Shown piece after piece: positions 1 through 13,883 of a stretch of DNA of 64,000 nt. Under the pieces are notes generated by a model. It worked only from the letters and a program-made list of their open reading frames with translations, was not told the DNA's origin and did not search any database. The stretch lies in contig BCIN01000008.1 of the NCBI GenBank assembly GCA_039545335.1, forward strand, positions 817,528 through 881,527. Reading direction: 5' to 3'. A program made the position numbers and the translations under genes. How positions within the stretch are numbered: position 1 is the stretch's first letter; every line of letters begins with the position of its first letter. Source of the DNA: Kondoa subrosea. Taxonomy: Eukaryota.

Positions 1-28
1 CCGAATCGCTTACTGCAACAGACCAGAT

Positions 29-975
29 TTGATGGTTACTATTCTGGCTCAAGATATTCCAGCCCTGTTGTCGGCCAATATGCACAATCAAATGACACTG
101 GAGAACGTGTACAGGATGGCCTGCACCACTGCAAGCGACTTTGGCAAATCCAGCAATAATCTGAGGGGTTTAAAGGATAGCGACAGGAAGACTGGCTTGT
201 TGGCGTCGTTTCGCCTTTTCTGCGACACCGCTCAATACTTCCTGAATTCTGGCGATCACTCTAAAGCAGGTTGGGTGCAAAACATGCTCATGGCGACTTC
301 GTCTACTCTTCTGTTACTAGTCTTCAAGAACCCTACTGTATGCGACGAGATAGCTGCAAATCTATCATTAGATGATTTGACACTACTGCGGACCGTTTCT
401 GAACTTTACCGCAACCTACCTGTCCATCCAATTTCACCAGGTCTTCTCACACTCTCCAACGCTATGGTTCATATGGCATTCGGTCTCAATCCACCTGTTA
501 CCAAGAAAGGCGATACCGGTATCTTCTCTGCTTTCCCATTGCCAACCAATCTCTACAAATTACCTAACGCTATAGCAAGATTCGACAAAGTCTTCCAATC
601 TCGGCTCGGCAAGATCCTCACGATGACTGTGATGTTTGATTGCATTTGGTGTGGCTCTTCCTATGCTTCAGCTTCTATGGGTTATGTCGTTTCAGATGGA
701 GACAAGATTGCAGCAAGGTACAAGTTTTGCGCTGGGTGAGTATTTGAGTTGATATTCTGTTTCGATCTAGCTCATTGCCTTTGTTATAGCTGTCATTCAG
801 CTCAGTACTGCTCAAAGGAGTGGTGAGTTACTCTTGTCACGTAAGAGAAGGACTACGCTTGACGAGAGAAGTGAACAGTCAAGCTGCCGATTGGAAAGCT
901 GGTCATAAAATTCAATGTTATGGCAAACGTAGAGATAGAGAAGAGAAAGCTGCAAAGGTAGAAGCGGAGCTGTAA
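29..975 (+). CDS. Protein with C-terminal MYND-type zinc finger (5' end may lie outside the window)
   Basis: ORF 29-735, then exons 790-822 and 879-975 via GT-AG introns 736-789 and 823-878. Spliced end reads CIWC...FCAGCHSAQYCSKECQAADWKAGHKIQC, matching the MYND consensus. Confidence 0.8.
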
Positions 976-1494
976 AGGACGACACAAGAATCAGGGTGCT
1001 GTCACGTCATGAAGAAGCGGTTTCATCAAGTTTGTTTCGCAGTGAATGATGGATTGAGGTCAAGCAATGGGAAACTGCTACTACTCTTTTTGGCGCTCCT
1101 AGATTCAGTTGAGGCCGATGATGATAGGATGATGAATGATCTCAAATCGCAGAAGGCATCAACCTGTTTCAGTCAAGTACCTCAGCTGTTAATGAAGATC
1201 CACTGACAGAATTGGACTCTTAAGCTTTTCATTCCTTGTTCTCCATCATCATGAACATTTCAGTTATGCCTAGATCTAAGACTTGCGGGCGCTGAACCGA
1301 CCTAGTATGCTTACTCTCTACAAGCAAATCTGAGCATGTTATTTGGTCGTCTACCCACGAGGCCGCGTGATTGGATTGGTATTGCGCGTCTTTTTTAGTC
1401 TCTATCCTGGCAATCTGCGTCTCTTCTGCTGCTCGCAGTCCCCTTCACTTTGAGGGCAAGAATGATCGGCTCGATCTGCCTCCGTCCTATCAGT

Positions 1495-2536
1495 CATGAG
1501 ACTCAAACCTAATAAGCCAGCTCGTGAACCTCGTCAAGTACTTCAGACATCAAAAGATGGAATGAATTTTTATATTTGGTCTCTTCAATCCGAGCATCGC
1601 TATGCTTCATATGGCTTCTGGTGTCAATTCCACCTGTGAATAAGACAGCTGACATTGGCCTTCTCTGCTTTTCCCGTGCTAGGGAATCTTTGTATATCAT
1701 CCAACAAATAATCAAACAACCTCTTTAAGTTGTAGCCTCTTGATTGGGATCACTTCGTCTCAGGTCAATAATCCAAGGTACTACACTACACCTCCTGCAT
1801 CATGCTAAGACAGACCTGCGCGTCTGTTGTTGTCGACCCTGCTACGCTAGATACAACGCAGAAACATCAAGCTATCAGATTATGATACCTGGCCTTGATG
1901 TGCCTGCTGTGGTATCGTCAAGGGAAGTTGAGAGAGCACTTGGCGAGTGCGAGAAATTCAGTCCATCATCATGGGAACAAGAGAATCTGCCTAGGTTGTT
2001 GCGATCAGAATGTGTACGTAACTACAATTTACGTATATATTACTTGCTCACATATCTGACAGTGGGACACATACGAAAGTGCGTGTCTCGTTGCAAAATC
2101 AATTTATCTTGAGTCTTTTGCAGGCTTTCTTAGAAGCCTTCATCGGTGCAAACAAAGCACGAAAAGCAAATTGGTAGTAAGTCATTGAATTATCTCTCGT
2201 ACTTCAGTCAACATGCTCACCTCGTTGCAGCTGATTCTCGTCAGAGAAACACGACAACCGCTAGTCAAAATCGATGAACAAGGTCGTCTCGCTCCGCTAT
2301 GGTACAATTGGTTTGTCGAGGCGCTTTTCGTCCTTCAGAACCGAGACCTTGCTCGCTATAAATCTGTCGTTCAACCTTGGCTAGATTCTGACGACTGCGG
2401 ACGAGCGATTCTCGATTTCGAAGTGAGTCTCATCTTGAATCTTCAGCTTTTGGGCGTGTTTTCTGATTGTCAGACGATCATACAGAAATTCATGAGGACT
2501 GGAACTGGAGAGGAGCTGCCTGCATATGTTCCGTAA
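1495..2536 (+). CDS. Multi-exon hypothetical protein (start uncertain)
   Basis: Exons join in frame through GT-AG introns: GIFVYHPTNN...PR|YNAETSSYQ...|WDTYE|SFLRSLHRC...KL|LILVRE...DFE|KFMRTG...YVP*. No recognisable domain. Confidence 0.45.
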
Positions 2537-2773
2537 GGTTAGGCAATCATGGACATTTTGTAGATTCTGTATCTATTTCTCGTATGCTCCTTCTGGAGAC
2601 GTATTGTACTTGTTGACTGGACAGGGACCTGCTTCTGTGCTTTAGCAAGGTCTACTAATCATATGATATTGCATGTAACTTTCGGAGGTTGACCTCTTCC
2701 AAGCAGTCTGTTTCCCCCTTAGCTCAGCTCTCTCAGACCTGCGACCACCTTGGATCTCACCTCGCCTTCAAAA

Positions 2774-2779
2774 ACGCGT
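2774..2779 (+). promoter_or_regulatory. Possible MCB element (ACGCGT) just upstream of CAC2
   Basis: Exact ACGCGT ending 5 nt before the ATG, with CGCGCGT also in intron 1. Fits G1/S regulation of CAF-1, but a hexamer can occur by chance. Confidence 0.3.
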
Positions 2780-2784
2780 ACACT

Positions 2785-5562
2785 ATGCGAGTTGTTCGTC
2801 TCATCGCGCGTCTGATCATTTCACTACATTCCGCTGATGTTGTCACATAGAAAGCGCTCGAGATTCGCTGGCATGAGACCAAGTGGGTCGTCTCTCTCTC
2901 TTCTGAAGATCACAGCCAGTCCCTAACTGAAGAGCAGACCTATCTTTTCTGCTGATTTCCAACCCTTTCCTGCTGAAACCTACATGAAGCATGAACATCC
3001 TATGGGCAGATCAGAAGTCAAAGAAGCTGCAGCATCACATGAAGGAAAAGCTTGGAGACTCGCTACAGCTGGAGGCGACAATGTAGTTCGAGTGAGCTCA
3101 GTCTGAGATATACTTGATTTCAATACTGAGGTGCTTGTTAGATCTGGCTAGTGACGCCTTCTCCTGCTCCTCCTACTGCATCATCATCTTCTACTGCACC
3201 TTCACCGGCGAAGGAGAAAGCTACAGGCCAATTACCCACTGTCGAGTATTTGGCTACACTTTCGAGGCATACAGCTGTAGTCAACGTCGTCCGCTTCTCG
3301 CCGAACGGTGAGCAGCATAGTCTCTGGACCTTCAGTCCTTCTCATGAGTGTTTGCAGGAATGGTTCTTGCTTCAGCGGGAGATGGTACGTGCTGCGATCT
3401 GTTGCACAGTCTAGTGCTAAGGAACGCGGACCACGTACAGACGGCAATGTTCTACTTTGGCAACTCTCAGACCAACCTCCAACTAAAGGTTTTGGCGAGA
3501 ATGATGATGCACTTTACGCTCGAGAGAATTGGAAGATCAAACGAGCAGTCCGGTCAGCTAGCTACATTAGATCTGGTCCTGCTTGTGCTTATGATCAATC
3601 AGCGCTACACAAGAAGAAATCTATGACATGAGCTGGTCACCGGATGGTCAATGGTTGCTCGTTGGTAGCACCGACAACACCGCCCGCGTGGTCAATGCTA
3701 CGGATGGTGAGTTTACATTTGGATTGCTATGCTGCTATGGCTCATTGTTTGGCAGGCTCGGTCGTTAAGCAGATCACTGATCACAACAATTATGTACAAG
3801 GCGTAGCTTGGGATCCGCTGAACAAGTACATTGCTACACAAAGTAGTGATAGGTCAGCTTTCCCCTTCTGTATGCATGTCGCAAGACTGATCCTCGCGTT
3901 CAGACACATGCACGTATACGGTCTGGACATCAAGAACCCAAACTCTTCGAATCCCGATTTTACCATCAATCTGGTCGGTAAGAATAGCAAAATGGACGTC
4001 CAGAAGATTCAGAAGACTAGCAGCGTTGATTCAGCTAGAGATGCCTCGACTACTCCAGTACCCTCTTCTAGCAAGATTCCAGCATCAGACGATGGCTTTG
4101 CTCGACCTGCACCGAAACGAAGCATGTCCAGAGCAAGTGATAGTGATCGAAGTGAAGCTTCCATGACACCTTCTTCTTCTGCTCGAATGGGTCCAGATAT
4201 GTCTGATCAACCTGTCGCTTCTACTTCGGCTCAGCTCTTTGGTCAAGACAATTCAGCAATGAATCCACCTCCTGCCCCAAGTGAACTTTCCGCCTCTCGT
4301 CGATCTTCAGTTTCTGGTTCCCAAAGCGGTTCGCCAGTTCAGAAGCCGAGCAGTAGCGTATCTAGTCAAAGCGGGATAAAGAGAGCTAGAAGTCCAAGTC
4401 CGATGCCGCCTCTACCTGCTGTCCGATTACCTGTTGCCAGTCCAAATCTCGGTCCAAAGACTGCTGGCTTGACTGATTTTCAACAGAATGGATCTTCTTC
4501 TTTACCTCCTTCACTCGATCAACCTGCAACGCGATCGACTTGGTTATATGGTGGACAAGAACTCACCCCGTTCTTTCGTCGCCTGTCTTGGAGTACCGAT
4601 GGATCTCTTCTTTTGACACCAGCTGGAGTCTTTGAAGATCCTTTTGCTGCTGCTAAAGCTGCCAGAGAAGCTCAAGAACAAGAAAAAGAGGGAAACAGCT
4701 CCAACAAACTAAGCAAGAAAAAGGAAAAGCAGAAAAAGAAGGAAGCTGCAAAAGATCTAGGACCGAAACCTACTGTTTACATTTACTCTAGAGCGAATGT
4801 CACTAGACCTCCGGTGGCTCATCTACCAGGACATAAATCTGGAAGCATCTCAATCCGTTTCAATCCACTTTTATGGGAGTTACGCGGTTCTCAACCTGTA
4901 CCTACGCAACCTGTTTCGGTCAACATCGCAGCGGATACGGAAAGCAACATTGAATTGGATCATGTTCCGCCAACACCTAAAAACAACAAAGGCGATGCAC
5001 CGTTGAAGAGCGCATTCGATTTACCTTACCGAATGATTTATGCCGTGGCTACTCATGAAAGTGTTTATGTTTACGATACGCAGCAAGCGGGACCGATTTG
5101 TATGTTTGGTAATCTGCATTACGCACCTTTTACGGATGTAGCTTGGTGAGTTTGGAACTCCCTTGGTTTTGCTGTTTCAAAGTAATTTGTTCTAATGCGG
5201 GAAAATATAGGACTGCTGATGGAATGTCACTCGCATTAGCTAGTCAAGATGGGTATTGCAGCGTAGTAGCTTTCGAAAGTGGTGAACTTGGTACAACTTT
5301 ACCGGTTGATCGACAACCTGTTCGACCAAGTCCTTCTACTTCCATACCAACACCTACTCGACCTTCTTCTTCTACTTCTGCAAGTAAACATGGAATTGAA
5401 TTACCACCTTCGTCAGAAGTTACAGTACCGCAAGTACAACAAGAAGTGGATGGGCAAAGCAAACCGAAGAAAAGAAGAATAGCTTTAACTCAACCTAAAC
5501 CTGCTCCTGCGCCAGCCGAAGAAGAGGTAGCACCTAAGATGGATGCAGACTTAATGCAGTGA
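2785..5562 (+). CDS. CAC2: Chromatin assembly factor 1 subunit B (p60/Cac2), WD40 repeat
   Basis: Spliced N-terminus MRV|KALEIRWHETK|PIFSADFQ. Motifs: RLATAGGDNVVR, YLATLSRHTAVVNVVRFSPNG, DHNNYVQGVAWDPLNKYIATQSSDR, FFRRLSWSTDGSLLLTPAG, FDLPYRMIYAVAT, LHYAPFTDVAW. C-terminal KKRRIAL. Confidence 0.93.
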
Positions 5563-5799
5563 GGTAGTGGTAAATTGATGACGCGCTTGCAGTAGAAAAC
5601 GCTAAACTTTAATTTACTGGGTATTGTCCATTGCCAAAAGGGCTAGGCCTGGTGCAATCAATTCGCTTGTAACCTTGTGACAGCTTGCTCTATTATAGGT
5701 CTTCGTCTCAAGCCATTGTTTTGGTCAAGCTTTGTCAGACACGCGCCAACCCCTCTCTTCCCAACTCAGTCATCTTACACTCTGATTCTTCTGGATCAG

Positions 5800-6825
5800 A
5801 TGGATCCACAAGCAGCACTACCACCAAGCATAGACAGGCAGCCTTCGTTGAGCGGTAGAAGAAAGAAGAGCCCACCTTCGACTCTCTATTATTCGAATTC
5901 TGAAGGTGAAGGCAATGATCAAGACTCGGGTGCAGCTATAGTGACTTCAGACTCAAGACGTATAAGCTGGGATTACATTTTCCCAACATTACCTGCCAGT
6001 CCTCGGTCTTCAACTGCAGTCAACAGAACCAGCACACATGGAAAAACGTTATCCAACGTTGGATTAGCTGCTAGTGGGAGCAATAAAGAGTTGCAAAGAC
6101 CTCAAACTAGTCCTATGCCTGGTCAGAGTAGGCAATCGTCCTGGTCAGTCTAGCTTTCACACACCCCTTTGTTTCATGCTTAGTGTGATCATGGGCATAT
6201 GCAGGATGAGAGATGAAGAGGCTATGAGCATCAGATCAAATTCTTCAGCTAGTTCTTCAGCTTCCGACAAATCTTTCAATGTAGCTAAACCAGGTTCGCG
6301 CATTTTTGCATGATCTCGTTCGCTTCTTATATGCTGACATTGAAACACGACAGCCAAACCTTCCAAAACCCCTTTCTTACCTGCTGATCCGGCACAATGT
6401 TGTTCTATAAGCGTAGACGATTCTTCGCCGTCATGCTACAAGATTTCAGCAAATTTGCCTGGTTTTCTCTATGAGCATATAACGTATGTCCTGACATGTC
6501 TATAAGCGAATGCAGCCGCTTATGTAGTCACGGTGTTGACAGTGTCGCATTGAAAAGGAACGGAAGTCTACATATCCTTGCGGATCGATGGAGTGGAGAA
6601 TCCAGTGCAGCTTCAAAGCAAGACGACTCTTCAGCGCGTACGTACATCTTCTGATCAACGTCTTAAACGAGTTGTCTAATATGCTGTGTGTGAACAGACT
6701 ATGAACGAATGGTCGAATTAGGTCCTGATGCAATAGGAGGCAACGCCAAAGCAGCGTGGTCCGGTGAAACATTGACTGTTTCAGTGACGAGGAAAGCGAG
6801 AAAGGAAATCAAAGTGGACGGTTAG
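5800..6825 (+). CDS. HSP20/alpha-crystallin-like domain protein with long disordered N-terminus
   Basis: Spliced C-terminus YKISANLPGFLYEHIT|VALKRNGSLHILADRWS...|HYERMVELGPDAIGGNAKAAWSGETLTVSVTRK...IKVDG* fits the alpha-crystallin beta-sandwich pattern. Not visible in the ORF track because of introns. Confidence 0.7.
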
Positions 6826-7564
6826 GAGCAAGTATCAATTGGGGTAAAGCATCTCGTCCATCGTTCTAATTACTCAAGTCTTTTAGTATATGGGATTCCT
6901 GCAGATCTGTATATAGCTTCATATTCATGCCGTTCATTTAATGCACTGTCAATAGAAGCCTCTTGTGATCGAAAGCTCCTTACTTAGTGTACTTTACATT
7001 GCAAGCTTGATTTGGAGCGACCTATAACGTTATACCATGCAGGCTGCCATATATTATGCTTGTGAAGCCATGCACCAAGTCAAATGACGCGCCGAGAGCG
7101 CGACTTGAGCAGAAGTTATAATGGTTCCAAGGCGTCGGTCATCAGATATATATATAATTGACGGCCTTCCCGCTGCATTGATACGTTGGTAACGCTGAAC
7201 TCGGGCACGCCAACAAGAGAACGCGCGCGTTTATCAGCCGTTTTATTGACTCTGATCATATTCGTCCACGGAATTGGCAATTGGCATGGCCTCCCTTGCC
7301 GAGTTTCTGTCTATAATTCCCTCCTTTTGTTTGAATAATCTTCTCCTCTTACTCTACCCTTTCTCTGCTTGTCATCTTCCACTTTCCGTTAATCAAGGTT
7401 TCTTAATTCAACAAAGGGGTCTCGAACATTGGCTCGAACATTGAAATCTCGACTGTCCCTGATAACCGACAAACTTGAGCGGGTGGGGACGCTGACATAA
7501 CTGCTCGTGCTTACCGACTTCTTCTTTTTCTTGCCTCCACTTCCTCAACTTCTCCTTCCCAATC

Positions 7565-8158
7565 ATGCAGAAAAGCTCTCCCATTCCGGCACAACTCACT
7601 TCTGAAACGGATACCAGTCCTACCTCTTGGCTTGTTCAAACTCTGGCAGTCAGTCACATTCCAATACCTTTCCCCCCTTTGCTATTGACTCACTCACGTG
7701 TTATATAATTAGGGATCTCAAGCACATCAACAAGTTTCAGCAGAATTCTTGAAAGTACAAGCTCAAACCGCTTTACTGGAACATAAAGTCAATGATCTTC
7801 GAATCAAGAAAGGGTTGAAACCCTTCATCTATACGCCTATTATTGATCGATTGTCATCACGGAAAGTAGTGGATTCCAATTCAAGGAGTATAGATCAACA
7901 GAACAAAGTGTTGGAGAAGCAATGCGCTTTATTGAGTGAACGAGCTGAGGGAAGGAGGTTGAGAGAATTGGAAGATAAGATTGCGGAAGCAATGGCTCGA
8001 GAATTGGATCAGAATGGGTTATGGCAAACAGAAGGGTTGAGGATAGAATTGGATGGTCAGTTTCTCTTTCCCCTTTCCTTTGCATTGGTGATTTTGAGCC
8101 TGATGTATACGCGTAGATATCTGCTCGAAAACATCACCCTCGCAAGCAAAAGTATGAA
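7565..8158 (+). CDS. Small coiled-coil hypothetical protein (3' end uncertain)
   Basis: ATG 7565 follows a pyrimidine-rich leader. An intron leads into a helical exon (AEFLKVQAQTALLEHKVNDLRIKKGL...LRELEDKIAEAMARELD). Last exon is ambiguous. Confidence 0.4.
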
Positions 8159-8960
8159 GAGTGGCATTTCAAGCATTTTCAATAGGGTATACCCCAGCAT
8201 TATGTATCCTAACCTGTACTAGTAGTTCAGTTCATTTAGTTTTTACTTATTGGCATATTGCGGAGCAAGCACAATCGTTGGCGTGTCCTTCCGCCGACCT
8301 CACAACAAAGGCTGCCAAAAGACTGTGCATTGGATCGGCAGCGCGACGAAAGCAAGCAGGCCGCAGACGAATCACAAGCGGGCAAGTGCACGGCGAAGCT
8401 CGAATTCAGAGAACAGAAGATGTAGAAACGGCTTGTCGTGCAACGAAACAAGATAGTAAGAGATCACTCAAAGCAGTGCATTCATAAGTGAAGACATGGG
8501 GGCTCAGTCAGTCATAGTTGGCACTTCAGAGCCAGACTCCGGCAGTTGAACGTTCAGGGCTGAATCGTTGCTGGATTGACTGATGCATACGACCTCGCAA
8601 GCTCAGCCTTAGAATATGCCTTTTAACTTAGATGCAAGGGAGATGCTTTCATTACCGAGTTCCAACTTCCGAGGTACTTCAAGAATAGGTTATATGCTTG
8701 ATGCAGATTTGAGAGAGAACATCAGAGGCTTTGAATGCGCAGACAAAGATCCAGTAGAATGCCACCAGATTTGAGTTTACTTCAAGACTCGTAAATTCGA
8801 AGTGGTAGTGGCTTGACAAGCAACCATGAAATAGAAATCCGAGAAAGGCATGCATACTTCGCAGAGGCAAGCTTGTTCTAGGTAATCCTCTACAGTATCC
8901 CATCCTGACAATCGTAAGGGCAGCCAACGAGAAATCTATGATCGCTGTTTACATGAAGCT

Positions 8961-11900
8961 TTGGAGAATTTCAAGGCGTTGCTTTCTTCGCCCTTGTCTC
9001 GTTCTTGGAAGCCTCTGTCTGTAACTGTACCAGCTGGAAACAGCAAAAACAACCAGAAAGAACTCAGCAATCATGGCATTGGATCACTCGTTACTGATGT
9101 TTCCATACACAAGCGAAGTGTCAAGGGCGGTCCAGCAGGCGAAGTGCTTCGAGCTTCAGCAGAATTCACTGTAGGAGAGAATCTACGTATTCAAGACTTC
9201 GTAGCTTGTTTGCAAAGACCAGAAACTCGAGCTACTTGGGATCGTTTGTCTGAAGCAAGTCATATCTTGGAACTCTCGGATGCCAACACTATGATCTGCA
9301 AGACGGACTTCAAACTTGGTTGGCCGGCTTCTCCCAGAGATTCTGTCACTATCTCTCGACTTCTGACGGATAATCGACAAACTGTGATTCACCTGTCTAC
9401 TTCACTTCCCCGCTCAGCAGATGAACCTGCTTTCATCCGACCCAGTCCACCTTATGTTCGGTCTCAAGTTCATCTCCATGCTTGGTGTATACAAGTGCTA
9501 GATAGCGGAAGAGCAAGAATCTCGGTATTCCTCAATTGGAACTTACGTGGTGCTCTTCTTTCTCATTCTCCTTCCGAGCTTGGTCATTTGCTATCAGGAT
9601 TCTTGACCTACGTAGCATCCAAATCAGAGACTATTCCTCTCTTGCTGGGTTATGGAAAAGCTCTGGATCTATCCAACAATGTCTATAAACCAACAGAAGA
9701 AATCCTTACCCTCGACTACCTCATTACTTATCCGGATGATGATCAAGATCCCGAAGAGAAGAAAGTCAAACAGAGTATGGATGATTTGCAAGCTTGGAAA
9801 GAATGGCGTAGACTCGAAAGATCCCTTGAACTAAGTTTGGATGTGAATGATACTCAAGGATGGGATATACAGATTGTTACTCTACCTCAAGGAGGCAAGA
9901 ATGTAGATGTAGCTTACACTGCTTCAGCTGAACAATCTGTTTCTCTTGGAGAAAAAGGAAGAACAATTGTACGAATACAACATGCTAAAGTCAATGATCC
10001 GGAACATTCAGTCAAGGTGCAATTAGTATTACGACGGATGGTTGGAGGTAAAAATATTCGTGTGAACGGATCAATTATCAGAATCGATCAAGTTCAAGAA
10101 AGAGATCCTCAACAGCGAAAATTGATTGAAGAACCTATTCCACCCATATCTGCAATACCTCAAGAAAGTCTATTGTCCGAAACTTCAAATAGTCCCTCAA
10201 CGTCAACTAACAGCGCAATTCCTAAATCTATCATCAGTAATCCACCTACAGCTAATGCAGCAGCTATTTCTACTCTCATTAAACGTTCTTATACCTACTT
10301 TGCTTCGCTATTGCAAGAACCGGAAGCTAAATGGCGACATGTGACTGAACAAAAAGGCGTTTCTGTTTCTCAACTCAATTCAATCGATCCTACGGTAACT
10401 ATCTATCGAGCTTCTGCAATTTATGTCGGAGTGGGCGTTTGGGATTTGTTTGGTACTATTGTAACACCTGGTGCTCGAATTGGATGGGATAAAGGCTTGG
10501 AGGATATGGTTTTGCTTGATGATCTGAACGAGTTGAGCTCTTTATGGCATACCACTTCAAAAGCCGTCTGGCCCGCTTGGTATGTCTTTCGAAGACTGTA
10601 TGAGGTTTCTCTCATACCGGCTTCGGCGATATACAGGGCTAGAGATTCAATCACTGTGCGAACATCATACAAATCTTCCACTTCTGTTCATATCTTCTCC
10701 TTCTCTACCGAAGACAAAGATCTCTTTCCTTCAATCCCAACTGTATCACCTACAGTTATTAGGACACAAACAGTCATTCAAGGCTGGTCGGTTGAAGCTC
10801 TTTCACCTACTACCACTCAAATCACCTTGATCGAGCAAACAGACAGTAAAGGTTGGAGCACAAAAGGATGGACTTATCAAAGCATGATCAATGCCGTTTC
10901 TGGTGTTGGCGACTTGACTATCAAAGCTGGTTCGCCACCAGTTCTAACTCGATTACTCAACGCGAAGACTCAAACGTCGAAATATGATCCGGAAAAAGGT
11001 TCATTGAAATTGGAGTATCAAGCTTTACCTGCCCTGACGAGTACGGGAGGGAACATCGAGTGCGAAATTCGATGTGATGTAGATGTTTGGGCATCAAGCT
11101 TGGATATAGTTACTGATCCACCTCCGTCTCGGATTTCTTGTCTTTCGCGGCATCGATTGGCTTCTGGTGGTGGATGTTGGGTTACAATCGAACATGAGCC
11201 AAGTCAAGTTAATGAAGATCCTCTTATGGTTCTAGTTCGACGAGGTCCTGCTTCAAGAGCTAAAGGTTCTGTCTTTGTCAATGGAGCAAAAGTTAAAGTC
11301 GATACAGAAGAACTTGGTTCAGATGAAGTGAAAGTTCTTTCAGCTAAGAAAAGGATGAAGTCAAGTCCAGTACCTTTAGATCAATGGCCTTCAGCTTCTT
11401 CTGCTTCAACTCGAACATCAACCAAGTCAGATGGTGCGAATATTGAACAGCTTGTCGAAGCAATTGGCAATCCTCGTGATCGGATCACTCCTGCTATTTC
11501 ATCTTCTCCTCTGTCTCAAAACACTATAATACCTTCTTCTGCTGTTCCCGATACGCCCGTTATCAAACCCGATCTACCTAGCATGTGTTATGCCCTTGAA
11601 GCTCTTTCTTGCTTGCAGACATTTCATGCCGAGCAAGGTCCAGAAGTATCATCACCTGTACCTGGTTGGATAACTATAGCAGAAAAGGCTGGAGGTGTAG
11701 CTCGGAAGAAGCTAATACCTCTCATTTCTGAAACAACACCCGTTTCTCGAGCGGACAAGATCTTGGAAGGTCTGTCTGCCGAACAAGTCATGAGTATAAT
11801 ATCGCATCAAGAGCTCAAAATGGAATGGGACGACCGGATAGACAGCTATCAAACGCTCGAATCGTATGGATCTAGCTGTTCTACTGGCTTGTTGGTTACT

Positions 11901-13883
11901 AAAGCTCCTTTCATCGCTTATCGCAAACGAAATTTTCATCTTTCCTCCGCAAGCGCTCAATTCCGAGTCCCATCAGCTTCAGCTTCTTCCAGTACTTCTA
12001 CGGTCTATCTTTTCGCTTCTGCCTCCTGCCCGACGCTGAAGAGCTTCTCTTCCTCCAAAACTAATCCAGCTACTTACCCGGATGGACTACTGTATTTTGA
12101 AGGCTGGATCTTGGAGACAGTGGACCCATACACGTCTGATACGTATGCGATACCTTCAACAAGGGCTTCCTATTTTTCTTGTATCGATTCCGGTAATGCT
12201 TTACCTTTTCTTACCAGCGGCAACTTCAATGCTTTACGACCTGTAGAAGCGCTCGCGAAATACGCTCAATCATGCATGATACCTCAACCGACTTATCCTT
12301 CGGCAGCTGTTCAGATCGAAGGACCTTTGAGCAGCGATGATTCGGATGAGTGTATCTGGTGTTTGGACGGTACCAAGGCTCAGGAACCAATCTACGTTAC
12401 ATCTCTCTGCCAAGCCAACTCCTACTCTGTGACAATACTGTCACCGAAAGTAGTCATATCAGACTTCCCTCCGCCGACTCGCGCAGCTGCCTCTCCACCT
12501 GCTTCACGTCGCTTGCCTACTCTTTTAAGAACTTCAACTACTACACCGGCTTTACCTAAGCTCACTGCACCGAACAAAGATACGCCTGCTGTATTGAGAC
12601 ATGAAAGCAGTATTTCTTCACTCAGAACCCTTTCTCGCACAACCTCTTCTCCTCCAACTTCAAAGCAACATACACCTTCCAACTCACTCTCTCAGCTTAG
12701 TCTGCCACATCCCGATCATCTTCTGGCTGAAGTAGTTGTGAGCTACGAGGACTACAAACATGGCTACTCTGTCACCAGCGAGATGCGTCCTACTACAATA
12801 GGAGAGAAAGAGACTCAGATCGGTTTCGATAATATTTCTTCTGCTACGGTCTTCCCTGTTCGCATGAGTGTGCACGAACTTCGCCAAACGACCTTGACTT
12901 CCATGACAGCTTCATCACATCAAAAGAGGCAGCACCTTCTACGCTTCACCTTACCGACCGCACAATTTACAAATCCGCTAACAGACCCATTGCGCGATGG
13001 CTTCCGACCGACATATCCAGCTTGGTATCAGCAACTCACATCCACATCTTGTCTGCTAAATATCAAGATAGATCCAGTAGCACAGCAAGAGCAAGATAAA
13101 ACTCGACGCATCCTGTTCAATGGTTTAGAGATCGTTCCTCAAACTTCTCAACAAAGCAAGTCTATACTTGATGCACGAGAAGACGACGATTGGGCGTTCA
13201 GATTGCCTCGGCTGAGCCGGTGAGTCCTTGCATTAGGGAAAATGGCAGTTTCATCATCCTTTGGGTTAGTGTACCAAGGCGCATACGCAGAACAGACGAT
13301 AAGAATACGATCGCCCCTTTACTTCCAGCCCTACTTCATATCCCTAATTCCGTCGCAAGCCGGTTCTTACCTGATCCTCCGATTGCTGTCTCAGACAGCG
13401 GTCTGACATCACCAGAAGTATCTGCTTCTGCTACACCAGCTAAAGAACTTTCACCAGAGGCTTCTCGCCGTTCCACTATAGTCGGACCGGCCGCGATAAC
13501 AAGCGATAAGGAGGTGAATGCTACTACATTGCCTGAACAGCAGAGCTCATGACTTTTTGCAGCCAACACAGCTTGCGAATGTTTTATCGCTGGCTACCAA
13601 TGCCTTCACCTCGGCTGGCGATTCTAAAAATATTCGCACCTACTCATTCAGCGCGTTAATTCTCGTAGCGGTGGTCGCATTTCTTTTGGGCTCTTTCCTC
13701 CGATCACTTCTTACCCCGGCCGACTTCATTCTATATCCAAGACCAGAAGGTGAGGTGGACTTACCTCTGTTACGAGCACTGGATCCGGAAAGAAGATGGA
13801 AGCAGGCAAGAAGAATATTGGAGTTCAGGTTACCTTTCATTTGGGATAGGGACATCATGTTGGCGATTGTAAGAAAGCAATAA
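8961..13883 (+). CDS. Giant protein with three START/Bet v1-like lipid-binding domains and a C-terminal transmembrane anchor (true start unresolved, slightly upstream)
   Basis: START-like motifs recur three times: RATWD...WPASPRDSV, RIGWDKG...WP..RDSI, KMEWDDR...RKRNF. In-frame 57-nt intron at 10580-10636. Last exon carries hydrophobic FSALILVAVVAFLLGSFLRSLL. Confidence 0.8.

Noticed and set aside
7421..7443. Direct repeat CTCGAACATTG x2 in intergenic DNA
   Set aside because: Only two short copies. It does not match a proper heat-shock element spacing and may be chance.
10580..10636. Apparent peptide insertion YVFRRLYEVSLIPASAIYR in a START domain
   Set aside because: It is a 57-nt GTATGT...ACAG in-frame intron, not protein. 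Similar read-through introns inflate several ORF-track entries.
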